Numbered from the stretch's first letter, positions 24,995-39,264 are shown. The stretch is 64,000 nucleotides of DNA from Octopus sinensis (GCF_006345805.1 NC_043012.1:43214001-43278000); one strand, 5' to 3'. A program made the numbers and translations. The notes: generated by a model from the sequence alone, not told the origin.

Positions 24995-25830
24995 AGATAA
25001 TTTCTCATTCAAACAAGAAGGCACTTCTTATTACTTGTTATCACTAAGATATGCCATTCGAGATTATAATTAATTTTTGTATCTTTAAGTTCCCAAATGA
25101 ATTCACTTAGAACCGTTGAATTCTCTCGTTTCCTATTCCGAAATGTATATATGTGTGTTGAAGGACGCTTCTTCATTTCATTTTTAGCTGATCCTGTATA
25201 AATATATTTATTATCAATTTGTGTGGTAACTTTACATTGATATACTACATTTTTTAATTTACATAAGTTTTTAATCATACAACTATCTACAAATAGAGCA
25301 TCGTCTCTATAGAGTACCCACCCCATTAGCTCTCGGAATTCATCTTGTATATTTGCCAATAAATATACACCTACTAAGTCAGTTATTTGCGCCGAATCTG
25401 GCGCTTCCATAGAAATGTCGAAAATGTTATGGTATCTTTTCTCGCCCGTAACTTATCGAAATTTATAACCGACCTTCGGACTGTCAAAATTATATTGATT
25501 TCCTTAGCGATAATAGATGTATGTTTCTTCGCAAATATCAAGGTGGTATTTAATATAGTAGGGTTTATACTAGAGAAATAATTGTCAATATCTATTTGTA
25601 GAAATTTAAATTTATATTTATTACTTATATTAGAGAACCATTTAATAGCATTCTGAGTGTTTGAGCATAATTGTAGTTTGATCTTATATTTTAAGATCGG
25701 TATATATTTATCTAAAGTTATCTTGCTAAGTTTACATAAATCGGATTTATTAGGACATATTAATCTAACCTTTGTATCAATTTACCTATTAAAGTAACAT
25801 TGTTATTGATATAGGTAATATAAACTAGTA
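24995..25830 (-). mobile_element. Degenerate, internally deleted Naiad-like PLE
   Basis: KVRLICPNKSDLCKLSK, FLQIDIDNYFSSINP, DSAQITDL, LYRDDAL then directly CMIKNLCKLKNVVYQC..YIYTG; homologous to 2187-4262; stops and frameshifts present. Confidence 0.85.
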
Positions 25831-25902
25831 AATTCTTCGGATATTTAATATCCCTTAGGTGTATTTATACTTAGATAAACTGTTATATACACACACACAC
25901 AT

Positions 25903-25935
<33 letters not shown>

Positions 25936-26006
25936 CACACATACATACATATGTATATACACATATACATACATATGTATACACACACACATATATACAT
26001 ATGTAT

Positions 26007-26039
<33 letters not shown>

Positions 26040-26129
26040 ATTTAACGCACACACACAGAAAGTCACATAAATATATGCATATAAATACTTTTATGTTGTC
26101 TGTGATACGCATAAAGAATGAAAGTTTAC

Positions 26130-26483
26130 CTGAACTGAAACAAAAGACACCAGCATCTCTTTTGTGACCCGCACAAGACGCTGAGAATATCATTTGATAA
26201 TCATCATCAATGTCAGTTCGACTGGCTGACCAACCACGATGTGGGCATTGATGTAAAAACTTCTCATCTCCTTTGCATTGTAAATGACTTAACCACACCG
26301 GACCAGTTCCACCGCCGTAGACGGATCCACGTAGCGCGTTTCCATCAGAGAAGTTCATGTGTCGACAGAAGACTCGTGCTTCTTTGTCGTCCCAGAACGA
26401 ATCACAAACAGTGCCCCATACACTTCCTAATAACACTTCAACACGTCCGTAATTACTGCCGCCTTCCATTCTATATTGAATAC
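26130..26483 (-). CDS. SRCR domain 10 exon (type C)
   Basis: IQYRMEGGSNYGRVEV..WGTVCDSFWDDKEARVFCR..GPVWLSHLQC..DAGVFCF; 354 nt. Confidence 0.93.
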
Positions 26484-27149
26484 CTATTTAATAAAATAAA
26501 ATAAAAACACAAGATAGCTTTAAAATGTTTAAAATTATGATGTTAAAATATAATGATTATTTAATTGTGCATAAATGACGATCCAATGTTATAATCAAAT
26601 GCGAATCTGCGAGTTAAACTTTATAAAAAGTATAAACAACAAAAGATGGTGTATTGAATTGAAGTTAAAATATAAATTAATTCACTGTGTTAATAACATT
26701 GAATTTCAGGATCAGTTAAAAAACCTCACGTTCACAAATATGTACGCGCGCGCTTGTGTATGTATGCGTACTATTTGCGGTATATATTATTGATTAAAAC
26801 ATTAATCATATGGTCAAAAATAGATCAGTACACAGGTATCTAAGAACAGCTCTGTTAAACGTATTATAAACACGAGTGAATTGTTTCCACTTAACGCAAG
26901 GGAGGTAATTAATGTCCCTTTCGTTAATTTCTAACCAGAGTTACTAGTAAAGCATTGTAAATAGCTTTGAATTTAATGTTCTGGATTATACATGGAATAT
27001 CTTAGACAAACTTTGAAACGGATAACATCACGATATAATTTTGTCAGCTTGATAGCTCGCAAGGCTTTAGCTAAAATTTTTGCAGCACAATATTAAAAAC
27101 ACTTAAAGAAGACGAAAATATTTTATACTCTCACAAAACATTCACATAG

Positions 27150-28890
27150 TAATAAATTAGGAAACGTCCTTACTACCTGAAAATAAGTCTCATCATTCCA
27201 ATTATACTGAAATCAAACTTAACATATGTTATTTTCAACTATACCAGTTTAAGACATTTACAAACCTCTTCATTGGTGATGTTTCAAACATAGAAATAAC
27301 GAGAGATTGCATAATATTATGACAAGTAACCACCCATTACATTCTAAACAAACCCACAAGCACACATTACATCACCAAACCAACTACAACGTCCATCCAG
27401 ACATTACATTCTGCTCTATACATCTAACTACACTAACTACATGGAAAACAGTTCTTCAACTTTTCTCGTACCATTAATCAGTTATTATCATAACATACTT
27501 TTACAAACACTTTTACAAACTTTGAAAAAGCACAATGGAATGAGTTTCATTAGGAAACAAAATCAGAATTTTCAGAATTCAAAAATACAATATTCCCCAA
27601 CTCCATATCAAACAACTAAGCAAGGAAATAACAAAACAAATATACTACAGAAAAAACAGAAGACTGCAGGAAACTTTCGCATTCAATATACACTTCGAAG
27701 ATAACTCTAATATAATTTAAAGAGTAAACATCATCATCATCATCCGCAGCAGCAACAACAGCAGCTGCAGCCGTTCAAGAATTTGGACCTGGAGAACTCC
27801 ATTTCCAGCGACTTCATGGGCCACCTTCCAGTGGTGTCGGGCGTCAACGAAGAGCCTTCGACTACAACAAGACGAACAAAGTTTTTTTGTTCCAAGGTCT
27901 GGGGTCTCCCGCTCCTAAGCCTTAGACCACCCTTACCCGTCTTGTTGCTTAACAACAACAACAACAACAACAACAACTGCAGCAGCATTAATACAACTAT
28001 GTATCATGCCAGAATAAAAACTTCAATGAATATGCTCACACCGCAACATTAATCAAGCACTCTTAAAAAATTTCATGGAAATTAACTTCCAAAACCATAC
28101 ACAGGAAACAGAAACACAAAACTAGCAATACATATTATTCGCTTGTTTCACGATTTTGACCGTTTATTCTATTAGAAACGAAACAGGAATAGGGAAATCT
28201 AAAATCTAAAATTCACATACATACGTCCAAATCATCAAAGACGTTAAGGAATAATTGCACTCATCAACATTAAAAACACTTGCACCAACATTATAATTGC
28301 CTAATTCTGGAAGCGGGGCAAAATTATAACAAAGTAATATCACATAGACATCGCACCGTTCTATTCATACTCTCGAAAATTCCACAAAATTAACTCCTTC
28401 TCTCCTATTCCAAATCCGGATACAGGCTCAGACCACTGACTTAATTACAACACTTCTCACAAACCCAACACAGAAAATAAATAATGACTTCAACGAAAAA
28501 ACGTCTCCCACACATGTACTATCAAGATCAACAAAGGTTTTCCCTACATTTTTCAATATCCACTCATACAAACATATTCAATGCTACCTTGAGAAGCCAG
28601 ACTAAACGCTGGCTAGTAAACTACCTTTCAGACCGTTAAGTGTATGTTGTATACAAGAACAGTACATCTAGAACCTGTAATATGCCGAATGGAATATCGC
28701 TGGCAACCAGCCTCTCACTCATTCTTTTCAACCTATATCTACACGACCTTCCTACACTCCACAATCACGCAAGCTCCTCATATGCAAATAAATTCTCAAT
28801 TATCACTTCCCACTATTGTCCTGACACTGCTTCTCAACTAGTTCAACTTTATATCAATCATCTCGAAGTCTTCTGTACTCCTTCTTAATG
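27150..28890 (+). mobile_element. Degraded LINE (jockey/I-like) endonuclease-RT remnant
   Basis: WLVNYLSDR..NGISLATSLSLILFNLYLHDLP..YANKF resembles decayed RT motifs. Confidence 0.6.
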
Positions 28891-30243
28891 TCAACACAAC
28901 ACCAAATGCAATCAACCGACACATTCAACAACAGAAACGTGTCAAGACAAATATACTATGAGTTACTAAAAATACTTACAACCCACAAACATGAAAGAGT
29001 AAAAACAGAAAAACAACATACACATATACTTTTAGGATGATAGAAAGAAACAACAATGATGTACGAACAATACATTATTATATCTATCATAGACTACTTT
29101 TTACTTGCTGAGTCTGGAAGGAAGAGTGGTTGCCATAACTTTTGCAGGCACTTCGTGAACGTTGAAGTTGATGCCGCTAATGTACCGTTTAAAAAATTGC
29201 AGGTCAACACCTGCAAGAAAGACATAAGCAAGAAAACGATTCTATGTGGTTAGTTCCGGCTGGGGATATTGGACCCAATACGGGTAACTGAGGTGGATAG
29301 ACGATAGGGTCAAGGACTCCTAAATAGTGGGAGTACGAGACCAAATATCTCCGAGGAACAAAGGCCGTTATAATAGCAACAGAAAAGGCAGAGAAAGAAG
29401 GTTGCACACCTATGGGTTAGGGTCTGGAGTGTGTCCGTTAGTGATTAAGTGGCCCATCTGTATGCGGCCGAGGATGTCTGTGTGCGTAACAGCTGTACCA
29501 TTTCAGATGTGAGCGTAGTACTCCATAGTGTGACTCACTCGAACCCTATCGAGTGTCAACAACTGTCTTCTGGCTCTGAAGAGAAGGACTGGTCCGAGCG
29601 AATCCTTCCACAACAAATTCTAATTCAGATGTACAAAGAAACTAAGAACAAAAACAAACAACGTAAAAGGTTATACGGACCAGCTTGTGTACACAACGAA
29701 ATACTAAAATGAAACACCAAAATAAGTGCAGATACAGCAACTCTTTTGCATTAACAAAATCCCCTTGCCCATCTTCACTGGGACCACCACCAGATTGTTC
29801 GGTCGTACAGAATGCAATGTCCAGATTCTCACATAGCACCACAGAGGATTCACCATTTCTTGTCCAAATGAGCAGTATGACCATAAGCAAAGCGAAGACT
29901 TTGTATACTGGGGAAGATGGATCTGTAGGCCGCACCTCGTTCTTCGGCTGACTACCTGCGTCCCATAGGACACACACACGTACGCGCGCACACACATACA
30001 CATATAATCTTTCGTACACATACACATACATATAATATTTCGTACACATACACACAAACAAAATGTCATCCTTCCTCATTTCTGTTTGTATAAAATTTGA
30101 AGATTTTTAGTATTTTCTTAATTTTTCCATATTATTTATCTCATTTACATTGCTTTAGATCCGTAAACTATCGGTTAAGTAGTCATCACTGTATTAAATT
30201 AAGACTAATAATAATAAGAGAACAAGTGTAAAAGAATACTTAC

Positions 30244-30579
30244 CGGAATGATTAAAACAAATAACTGCAGCGATTAGGCCACTAGAACAGTTGCCTAAAG
30301 AATCACGTGCTTTAAATGGACATTCACTCAAAGCCTTTTCTTGACCAGTACAATTAACAGAGCTGATCCAGTATGGGCCAGTTTTGTATTCGTTCACATG
30401 TAGGTCTTCGTTACTGTGATGATATGCGATTCCATTAGAATAAGAAATAGAGCGACAGAATACCTTAGCATCAACATCATCCCAATGAGATGGGCAGATA
30501 AATCCTGTGGTATTATAATGTTTAACATATATCTTCCCAAGCCCACCGGAGGACGGATGGAGAGAGAAAGTATAACCTG
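30244..30579 (-). CDS. SRCR domain 9 exon (type B)
   Basis: GYTFSL..GKIYVKHYNTTGFICPSHWDDVDAKVFCR..GIAYHH..GPYWISSVNC..AAVICF; 336 nt. Confidence 0.9.
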
Positions 30580-30585
30580 CTACAA

Positions 30586-30676
<91 letters not shown>

Positions 30677-31197
30677 GTTAGATAAAAATATTGCTGTATT
30701 AAACAGTAATCAATTGAATATAATAACACAGGAAAAAAGACAACTATTATTGTCTATATTAACATATATATTAATATATTTTTTACCGCTGGAAGCAATT
30801 TGTAATACTAAAAAACCCATGATAAAATTCGCTTAGGAAACTTGAACACACGCTTTGTTAAAGAAACGGCTCTCTTTTACGATGACGTTGGTGAAACATT
30901 TAGTTAGAGCACCACAGTACTAAAAACTTATGCTACTTAGCTAAGTAGTGCTTAATATTTGGAATTGAAATTCTAATGGGGGTCGACTTAACTTTTCCTC
31001 AATCCAGCAAAATTAAATTGTAAACCATCGAAATATTGAGTTTGATTCTGATTCTCTATAAGCATCATCTTAACAAAATACGACATTGTACATGTGTACA
31101 TTATTACACTTTATCATATGGGGCCAAATGGAGAAACAAATGAAATTGAATATATTTTGTTCACATTTTGCATAAATTTATATAAATGTATACTTAC

Positions 31198-31521
31198 AAT
31201 CCTGAAGAGCTGTAGTATTTTGAAAACAAATTGCCGAAGCGTAATTAGTCGTGTTGCAGGTCGTACGGCCCATACAGTCTGTGAGAGACAAATCGCCTGG
31301 CTGACAGCTAATGGTGACACTTTGGTCCACAGCCTGTTTCACTTTACCGTACGCCGAGCAACAGACTGCACGCCCATCCATGTAACCCAGCTGGTGACAA
31401 ACTACTCGGGCAGATAAATCATTGAAACCAGTTTCACATACTAAATGCCAATTATTCGAATTTCGGTAGACTACAACCGGACCGCGGGAAATTTCTTTAC
31501 TTATGTGATCAGCAATTCGCA
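31198..31521 (-). CDS. SRCR domain 8 exon (type A, vicinal CC)
   Basis: VRIAD..HLVCETGF..VVCHQLG..AVCCSAYG..YASAICF; 324 nt. Confidence 0.9.
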
Positions 31522-32329
31522 CTGAAAAGATAATCATACATATATATATATGAGATCCAGAAAGTTAACTTCAAGCAATCCGTAATAAATATTTAAAAAA
31601 AAACTACTTTCAGGGACAATAATGGTTTATTGAGTCGGGGCAGGGAGATTTTTTTCGTATCGAAGTACGATAAACTAAAAAAAGTTCATTTTATAATTCA
31701 AGGTAGGTGACCAGTGATGCCGGGTGTGCGAATAAGAATAAAAGTTAAGGAATGGAGTAGATAAGATCCGGGCTACATATGTTTCATAACGAGCGGAACC
31801 TCAGAAGTGGTAAATATCCAAGCGGGGTGTATACTGCAGGCTACTCTTTGGGCCAAGGATATCTTGATTAAACGTCACAAGGAGGTAGATGTTAACACAT
31901 AAAAGATTCAATCAGAATGTGAAGAGAGCACAGTAGGAGAGGGGAATATAAATGTACAAAGCAATATCGATTAAAAGAAGGAAAAAAAGAAATATAAGGG
32001 AGAAGGTTTGGTTTTGCAAGTCCAGGGTTACGACCAAGAAACTAGCAGTTTTAACATTGTTACAGAAGGAGATGCTAAACCTTCTACCCATACCACAAAT
32101 CTAGGAAAGCCTCTATTACGTGAACTTCTCCTCCAACCACACCCACTCCGTCCTAAAATCTAAGCGTTTCCTACTGTATTTTCGCATTACCTGCATACAT
32201 CTACACACACACACGCACACTTAAACAAAGAAATGACAGCGAAAAAAAAACAAATGTTCTGTAATGTTACAAGATGCGGTTAGCTCTTAGTTGAATATCA
32301 GGATGAAGGTGTTAAAGTATTGAATGATT

Positions 32330-32678
32330 GACCAGCTGAGAGCCTTGATTTAAATATCATCGAGCAAATGTGGACAGAACGAAGAGAAGAGTTCATCAGA
32401 AGATTCCACGCAATCTTGAAGAGTTGTGGGAGCTCAGCCACAGAGAATGGCATCTCATAGCTGTGAAGATAGTGAAGGATTCGTACGAATCTCTTCCCAG
32501 GTCCATTAAAGCAATTATTCAAGTTAAGGGAAGCCACACGAAATATCAACAAGGTACAGTAACTTCTTGAAATGAACGTTATGTAATAAATTTTCATTAT
32601 AAATATTTTTCTGTTTTAAAACACTGTATCTTGATTGGTTTATGTGAGGTGGCCGAAAACTTTTGCACGATACTCTGT
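32330..32678 (+). mobile_element. Tc1-like transposon 3' remnant with right TIR
   Basis: ..[37 protein letters not shown]; end GGCCGAAAACTTTTGCACGATACT. Confidence 0.8.
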
Positions 32679-32692
32679 GTGTGTATGCGCGC

Positions 32693-32795
<103 letters not shown>

Positions 32796-32869
32796 GCCTG
32801 TAACGGCTGATAATTCGCTTACCACTTGTGATGGTATTTTAATAATACCATCCCTATACTTATATATAT

Positions 32870-33136
32870 ATTCTTTTATTCTTTTGCTTGTTTGCTTGTT
32901 TCAGTCATTTGACTGCGGCCATGTTGGAGCACCGCCTTTGTTCGAACAAATCGACCCCAGGACTAATTCTTTGTAAGCCTAGTACTTATTCTATCGGTCT
33001 CTTTTGCGGAGCCGCTAAATTACGGGGACGTAAACACGTCAACATCGGTTGTCAAGATATGGTGGTGAGGTACAAACACAGACACAATCAAACACACACA
33101 CTCATACACACACACACGCACACACTCACACACACA

Positions 33137-33199
<63 letters not shown>

Positions 33200-33420
33200 A
33201 CATATATATATTATATATCCAGGCCCGTTCCCCATTTAAGCGGGGTAGCCAATATATATGACGGGCTACTTTGAGTTTACGTCTACCAAATCCACTCACA
33301 ACGGATTGGTCGGCCCGAGGTCTTAGTAGAACACACTTGCCCAAAGTAACGTAGTGGGACTAAACCCGAACCAGGTGGTTGGAAAGCAAGCTTCTTACCA
33401 CACAGCTACCTCTGCGCCTA
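32870..33420 (-). mobile_element. Family 1 SINE with expanded internal (CA)n/(TA)n
   Basis: Tail, central domain and head all recognisable on the minus strand. Confidence 0.85.
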
Positions 33421-33434
33421 TATATAATAATTTT

Positions 33435-33477
33435 TTTATTTCATCTAGTTTCAGCTCACGAGTTGTGGCCATGCTGG

Positions 33478-33545
<68 letters not shown>

Positions 33546-33762
33546 GTGTGTGTGTGCGTGTGTGTGTGTGTGTGTGGTGAGTGTGTGTTGTGTACATGTA
33601 TATACGACGGGCTTCTTTCAGTTTCCGTCTGCCAAAACCACTCACAAAGCTTTTGTCGACCCGAGGCTACAGTAGAAACACTTGCCCAAGGTGCCAAGCC
33701 TTAGGACTGAACCTGGAAACATGTGGTTGGAGAAGCAAGCCTCTTAACATACAGCCTCACTC
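33435..33762 (-). mobile_element. Family 1 SINE head/CORE joined via microsatellite to a LINE-type tail
   Basis: 33444-33480 TCTAGTTTCAGCTCACGAGTTGTGGCCATGCTGGGGC matches the LINE tail at 1095-1132. Confidence 0.75.
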
Positions 33763-34009
33763 TCGTTATGCTGTATAGTTTAGGGATATTAAATATTCTA
33801 GTTGTTACTGGTGACTACTAAGTGCTACATGCTTGTCACCACATGATAGTATTACCATGTATTGACATGTATTGATCATTTTCTTGTGGATTTTACTGTA
33901 CCGCTCATTATTCACAGTTTATTATTATAGCTTTTATATTAGGTAATTTTTATTTGTAAACTCGAAAAATTCAGTTCATCACAATACAGAGAAAACTATA
34001 TTAAATACT

Positions 34010-34168
34010 CGGGAGTGGCTGTGTGGTAAGTAGCTTGCTTACCAACCACATGGTTTCGGGTTCAGTCCCACTGCGTGGCACCCTGGGTAAATGTCTTGTA
34101 CTAGAGCCTCGGGCCGCCCAAAGCCTTGTAAGTAGATTTGGTAGACGGAAACTGAAAGGAAGCCTGTC

Positions 34169-34204
<36 letters not shown>

Positions 34205-34415
34205 GTGTGTTTCTGTTTGTCCCCACAATATCGCTTGACAACCGATGCTGGTGTAAACACACCAGCAACCCCGCAACTTAGCGGTTTGGAAGAAGAGACC
34301 GATTGAATAAGTACTAGGCTTACAAAGAATAAGCCATGGGGTCTATTTGCTCTACTAAAGGCGGTGCTCCAGTATGGCCGCAGTCAAATGACTGAAACAA
34401 ATAAAAGAATAAAGA
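34010..34415 (+). mobile_element. Family 1 SINE
   Basis: Same consensus as 20445-20841. Confidence 0.9.
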
Positions 34416-34524
34416 ATATATATATATATATATATTTCCTGAGCGTCAATAATACTTTAAATGTTCCACGTCCTGCGTTGCTGTGTTTTTTTCTCTTTTT
34501 TTCTGTGTTTTCTTGTTTGGATTA

Positions 34525-34605
<81 letters not shown>

Positions 34606-34666
34606 TCGATATATATATATATATATATAGATATATATATATATATATAATATATATATGACAAAT

Positions 34667-35039
34667 AGGCGCAGGAGTGGCTGTGTGTAAGTAGCTTGCT
34701 AACCACCACATGGCTCCGGGTTCAGTCCCACTGCGTGGCATCTTGGGCAAGTGTCTTCTGCTATAGCCCCGGGCCGATCAATGCCTTGTGAGTGGATTTG
34801 GTAGACGGAAACTGAAAGAAGCCTGTCGTATATATGTATATATATGTATGTGTGTATGTGTGTTTGTGTGTCTGTATTTGTCCCCCTAGTATTGCGTCAC
34901 TTAGCGGTTCGGCAAAAGAGACCGATAGAATAAGTACTGGGCTTACAAAGAATAAGTCCCGGGGTCGATTTGCTCGATTAAAGGCGGTGCTCCAGCATGG
35001 CCACAGTCAAATGACTGAAACAAGTAAAAGAGTAAAGAG

Positions 35040-35040
<1 letters not shown>
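34667..35040 (+). mobile_element. Family 1 SINE
   Basis: Same consensus as 20445-20841. Confidence 0.9.
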
Positions 35041-35090
<50 letters not shown>

Positions 35091-35195
35091 TGTGTGAGTG
35101 TGCGTGCGTGCGTGTGCGTGTGTGTGACTGAATTTTGAGGGAAAACATGATTATATCAATTTTTTTAATGTCGAATGATGTTAGAAAATTCCTAC

Positions 35196-35525
35196 CGGTA
35201 GCAAAGCATCGAACAGATATATCACGTTTGTGAGCACTGCAAGTATAATGTTGAGGAGAGACTTTCTTCCAACCAGAATGCGCGCATTCATGCATGTGAC
35301 TTTCAGCTCCTGTACAACGAAACAAATTATTCCAAATCGGACCAGTGCCTCTATCGTGAAGTGGTGTAGTGCTGATCTCTCCAGATGAGTAACCGAGCTG
35401 TCGACACATAACTGTTGCTTCTCGAGTGTCCCAGAATGTTGAGCAAAATGTACCCCATTCTCCGTCAATGTACACTTCCACACGACCAAAGTCTCCTCTA
35501 CCTCCAGCTAGTCGGTAAGAAATTT
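35196..35525 (-). CDS. SRCR domain 7 exon (type C)
   Basis: ISYRLAGGRGDFGRVEVYIDGEWGTFC..VMCRQLG..GPIW..DISVRCF; 330 nt. Confidence 0.93.
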
Positions 35526-35814
35526 CTGCAAAAAAAAAAAAAAGAAAATGTTTTAAAATTTCATTTGACTGATAGGAAGGAACACAACAGTTTTATATTA
35601 CATATTCATAATATATGAGAATCTTATAATTTATAACATTACTCCCAATCTTCCCCACAGCTAACACGCCATTATTACAGTTTAAGCTGAAAATGTGATT
35701 GTGAAGGACTCGAAACGTCAGTGTAGTGGACTGAGAGACCTAAATGTTCCAAACCAAACTTTGAGAAATATGAATATGAAAAAGAATATGAAAAAGAACA
35801 CAACAATGTTTTAT

Positions 35815-35866
<52 letters not shown>

Positions 35867-36356
35867 TCACACACACACGTACGCACACACGTTTGTATAT
35901 ATGTATGTATGCATTCATGAATGTTTGTTTCCTTTTATCTTCTTTTACTTGTTGCAGTCATTGGGCTGCGGCCATGCTGGTGTACTGCCTTGAAGCATTT
36001 AAGATAACTCATTCTCAACACTTTTTTTCCTTTATAAGTTTGGTACTTCCTCGATCAGAGGCTATCAGTAGAACTGCTAAATTCCCGGGATCGGGTTTGA
36101 TAAGTGCCATGCCCAAAACTCTCGTACCTTGAGCCGCTTTGTAACTGAGGCCAATTAATATTTAGTGAAATTTATATACTCATGCAATAAGTTCCAATCA
36201 TCCTGCTTATTCTACCCTATTATATAAATGTATATATGTGTGTGTGTGTCTGTGTGTGTGTCTGTATGAGTGTGTATGTACTTCTAACTCACGTAAACTT
36301 GACCTCTATGACAGTAGTAATAATAATAATGATAATAATCGTAATAATGAAAATTA

Positions 36357-36413
<57 letters not shown>

Positions 36414-36764
36414 GCTACTACTACTACTACTACTACTACTACTAATTTTGAAAAGATAAACAGTAACGATAATAACAACAATATAATAATTGGAGAAATG
36501 GAGACAAGATGAAGTTTTACAATGGAAGATTTGTAAACATGAAAGTTTGAATCAGGAATTATATGGTACAATCGTCGAGTAGAAGAGTACTTGAGTTGGA
36601 GACAAGCAAGATTTTGTAGGATTTTTCCATTCGAACGAATAAGATGGAATATAACAAGCCTATGATATTACAGTAATAGACAAGGAAAATCGAATTTGCA
36701 TACTAATTGATCTATCATGTCCATTTAATACTATAATTGTGAAGAAAACAAATGAAAAGTTGAA

Positions 36765-36949
36765 AAATACATGGCGTTGCCTCGGTTGAGTTATTTCACT
36801 TGGAACTTAATTTTAGTGAAGCAAATTATGCAGCACAACAAATTATTCGTAACTCTTTCTCTTTATGTAAACATTTTTGTCAACTGATCAAGCAAACACA
36901 CTTTCCGTCACCTAAACACAAAAATGAATTATGAGAAATAAATTCATAA
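36765..36949 (+). repeat. 185-bp direct repeat, copy 1
   Basis: About 9 substitutions versus 38857-39041. Confidence 0.9.
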
Positions 36950-36959
36950 AAAACAGTCC

Positions 36960-37591
36960 TTTAAAATTTGAGATTACAACGATTTGGAACATGTATAGAT
37001 TGTAACCGTGAAATTGGTGCAGTAAGGACTGAGAGTTATGGAATAGACAAATGGATAAAGGAGATTTGAATGAAATGTCCTGTAGAGGTTCTCTTAGGAA
37101 CTGGAAAAGTCATCATAAGGGTTTTGAGCACTTGATGACTTATTGAAATCATGCGGAAATCTAAGATTACAGGGCGCAATACGCTATCTACATAAATTCA
37201 ACCACGAATAAGACCAAACCTGAGTCAAGATGATGACAAAGATGTTAAGCTCAAAAAACGAATGGAGATAAAAAGCATCTGTGCAGTAAACACTGTGGCA
37301 GTGTCTCCGATACGATATTCTGCTGCTTTCCTGAAATGGACTAAAGAAAACTCAGTGGCATAGATTGTAAAATCTAAAAAGTAACGACCATGTATAGGTC
37401 ATTATATGCTAGAGATAATGTTGATCGGTTGTTAATACCGCAGAAGTGGGGAGGGAGGGAAGGAGGGAAAGGACTGATATTGATAGGAGATTGCGTGGAG
37501 ATGGCAGAAAGGGGTATAGAAGAGTATGCGAGTAATAGCAGAGAAAAACTGTTATATATATATATTATATATATATATATTATATATATAT

Positions 37592-37655
<64 letters not shown>

Positions 37656-37790
37656 TATATATATATAGGGGTATAGAAGAGTATGCGAGTAATAGCAGAG
37701 AAAAATGTTCAGCTGCCAGAGGAGAGTAGAAAGAAACTATGGAGACCGCGGAAGAATAGAAGAAAAGACATCTGGGTAAAAGAACTACAC
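36960..37790 (+). mobile_element. R4-like LINE fragments (REL C-terminus and RT C-terminal piece) interrupted by (TA)n
   Basis: ..VLLGTGKVIIRVL; YARDNVDRLLIPQKWGG..GKGLILIGDCV. Confidence 0.6.
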
Positions 37791-37924
37791 GACCACTATC
37801 TCAGACAAACACAAGACGTCGTAGAAGAGGTGTCTTGTTATGACTGATAATGGAGGCCTAATAAAGAACAAGAGGACTCGTTATGACTGCTCAAAGCCAG
37901 TCATCACAAGCGAATGGCATTATG

Positions 37925-37970
<46 letters not shown>

Positions 37971-38109
37971 ATATATATATATATATATGTACGTATGAAT
38001 GCATATTTATGTTTATACACACACACAAGTTCACATATGTTGACAGAATATACAATTGACAACATTTCACTAAACATGTCGAATAGAAATAAAACAGAAC
38101 TCCACTTAC

Positions 38110-38439
38110 TGTCGCCGCTGTAGCAATAAACACCAGCAAAATGTGTATTTGTGCAGGATGTAACATTTCCCCAGCCAACATGTTGACATTCGTCTAGCTT
38201 CGATTCATTACCTGTACAATTAACATCACTCGTCCAGTAAGGTCCCCCGTCGCTATGAGGTGACCACTCGGCTTTGTAGTCATGGTAAGCCATTCCCAAA
38301 GAATAACCAAGCACCTTACATACAACTTTTGCATCCTTATCATCCCAGTTATCACTGCAAATGTAACCATTAATATTCATATATGTTATAGAGATTCTTC
38401 CAGAGTGATTCGTTCGTCCTTCTATGCGAAGTTTATAAT
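38110..38439 (-). CDS. SRCR domain 6 exon (type B)
   Basis: DYKLRIEG..SGRISITY..GYICSDNWDDKDAKVVCKVLG..MAYHDY..GPYWTSDVNC..FAGVYCY; 330 nt. Confidence 0.93.
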
Positions 38440-38856
38440 CTAAGGGAAAAAGAAGAAAAAAAAGATAACGTAAGTTACAAAAGTATAAAGGAAGGTGTTT
38501 ATTAATTGGAAATATCCTTTGTTTAAATTGAAGCATGTTGTATAGTTAATAGGGTTTAGTGTATTTCACTTTGTAAGTCTCTCACAGATCAGATGGCTTT
38601 GGTTTCAATAAAGTAAAGGGAAGCGTATACCAGAGATGAGTAATTTCGGATCTTTTCCTTTTGAACGGCACTTTGTAACATGATTTCTAGGTAACTAAAA
38701 AGTTTTAAACTTCGTATACTGATAGAATGTGTTTATAAAACATCATTTTCTCTTGGCTTTATTGAGAAAATTCTATAGTTTGTTAGATATTTCGTCTGAA
38801 ATTTCGAGCATTTGTGCTTTGTGGTGTGGTGTGAATTGCCTTTAATATATTTATCC

Positions 38857-39041
38857 AAATACATGGCGTTGCCTCAGTTGAGTTATTTCACTTGGTTCTT
38901 AATTTTAGTGAAGCAAATTATGCAGCACAACAAATTATTCGTAACTCTTTCTCTTTATGTAAACATTTTTGTCAACTGATCAGGCAAATACACTTTCCAT
39001 TACCTAAACGCAAAAATGAATTTTGAGAAATAAATTCATAA
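38857..39041 (+). repeat. 185-bp direct repeat, copy 2
   Basis: See copy 1. Confidence 0.9.
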
Positions 39042-39195
39042 TCGCTTCAAATTACTTTCCCATTTCTTTGAGAATCCCCTAAGTTTTTGATTTCTTTGTC
39101 TAAGAGGGTAAATGATAACTAATTCAGATTATTCTTTTGTATACCACATTCAGTACATCACCCATTTGTTCATATATTTCTATCTATCTATCTAT

Positions 39196-39264
<69 letters not shown>

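Noticed and set aside
29575-29620. CTGAAGA followed by a GAAGGA/TCCTTC stem
   Set aside because: No GAAA or cleavage triplet after the stem, so not a hammerhead
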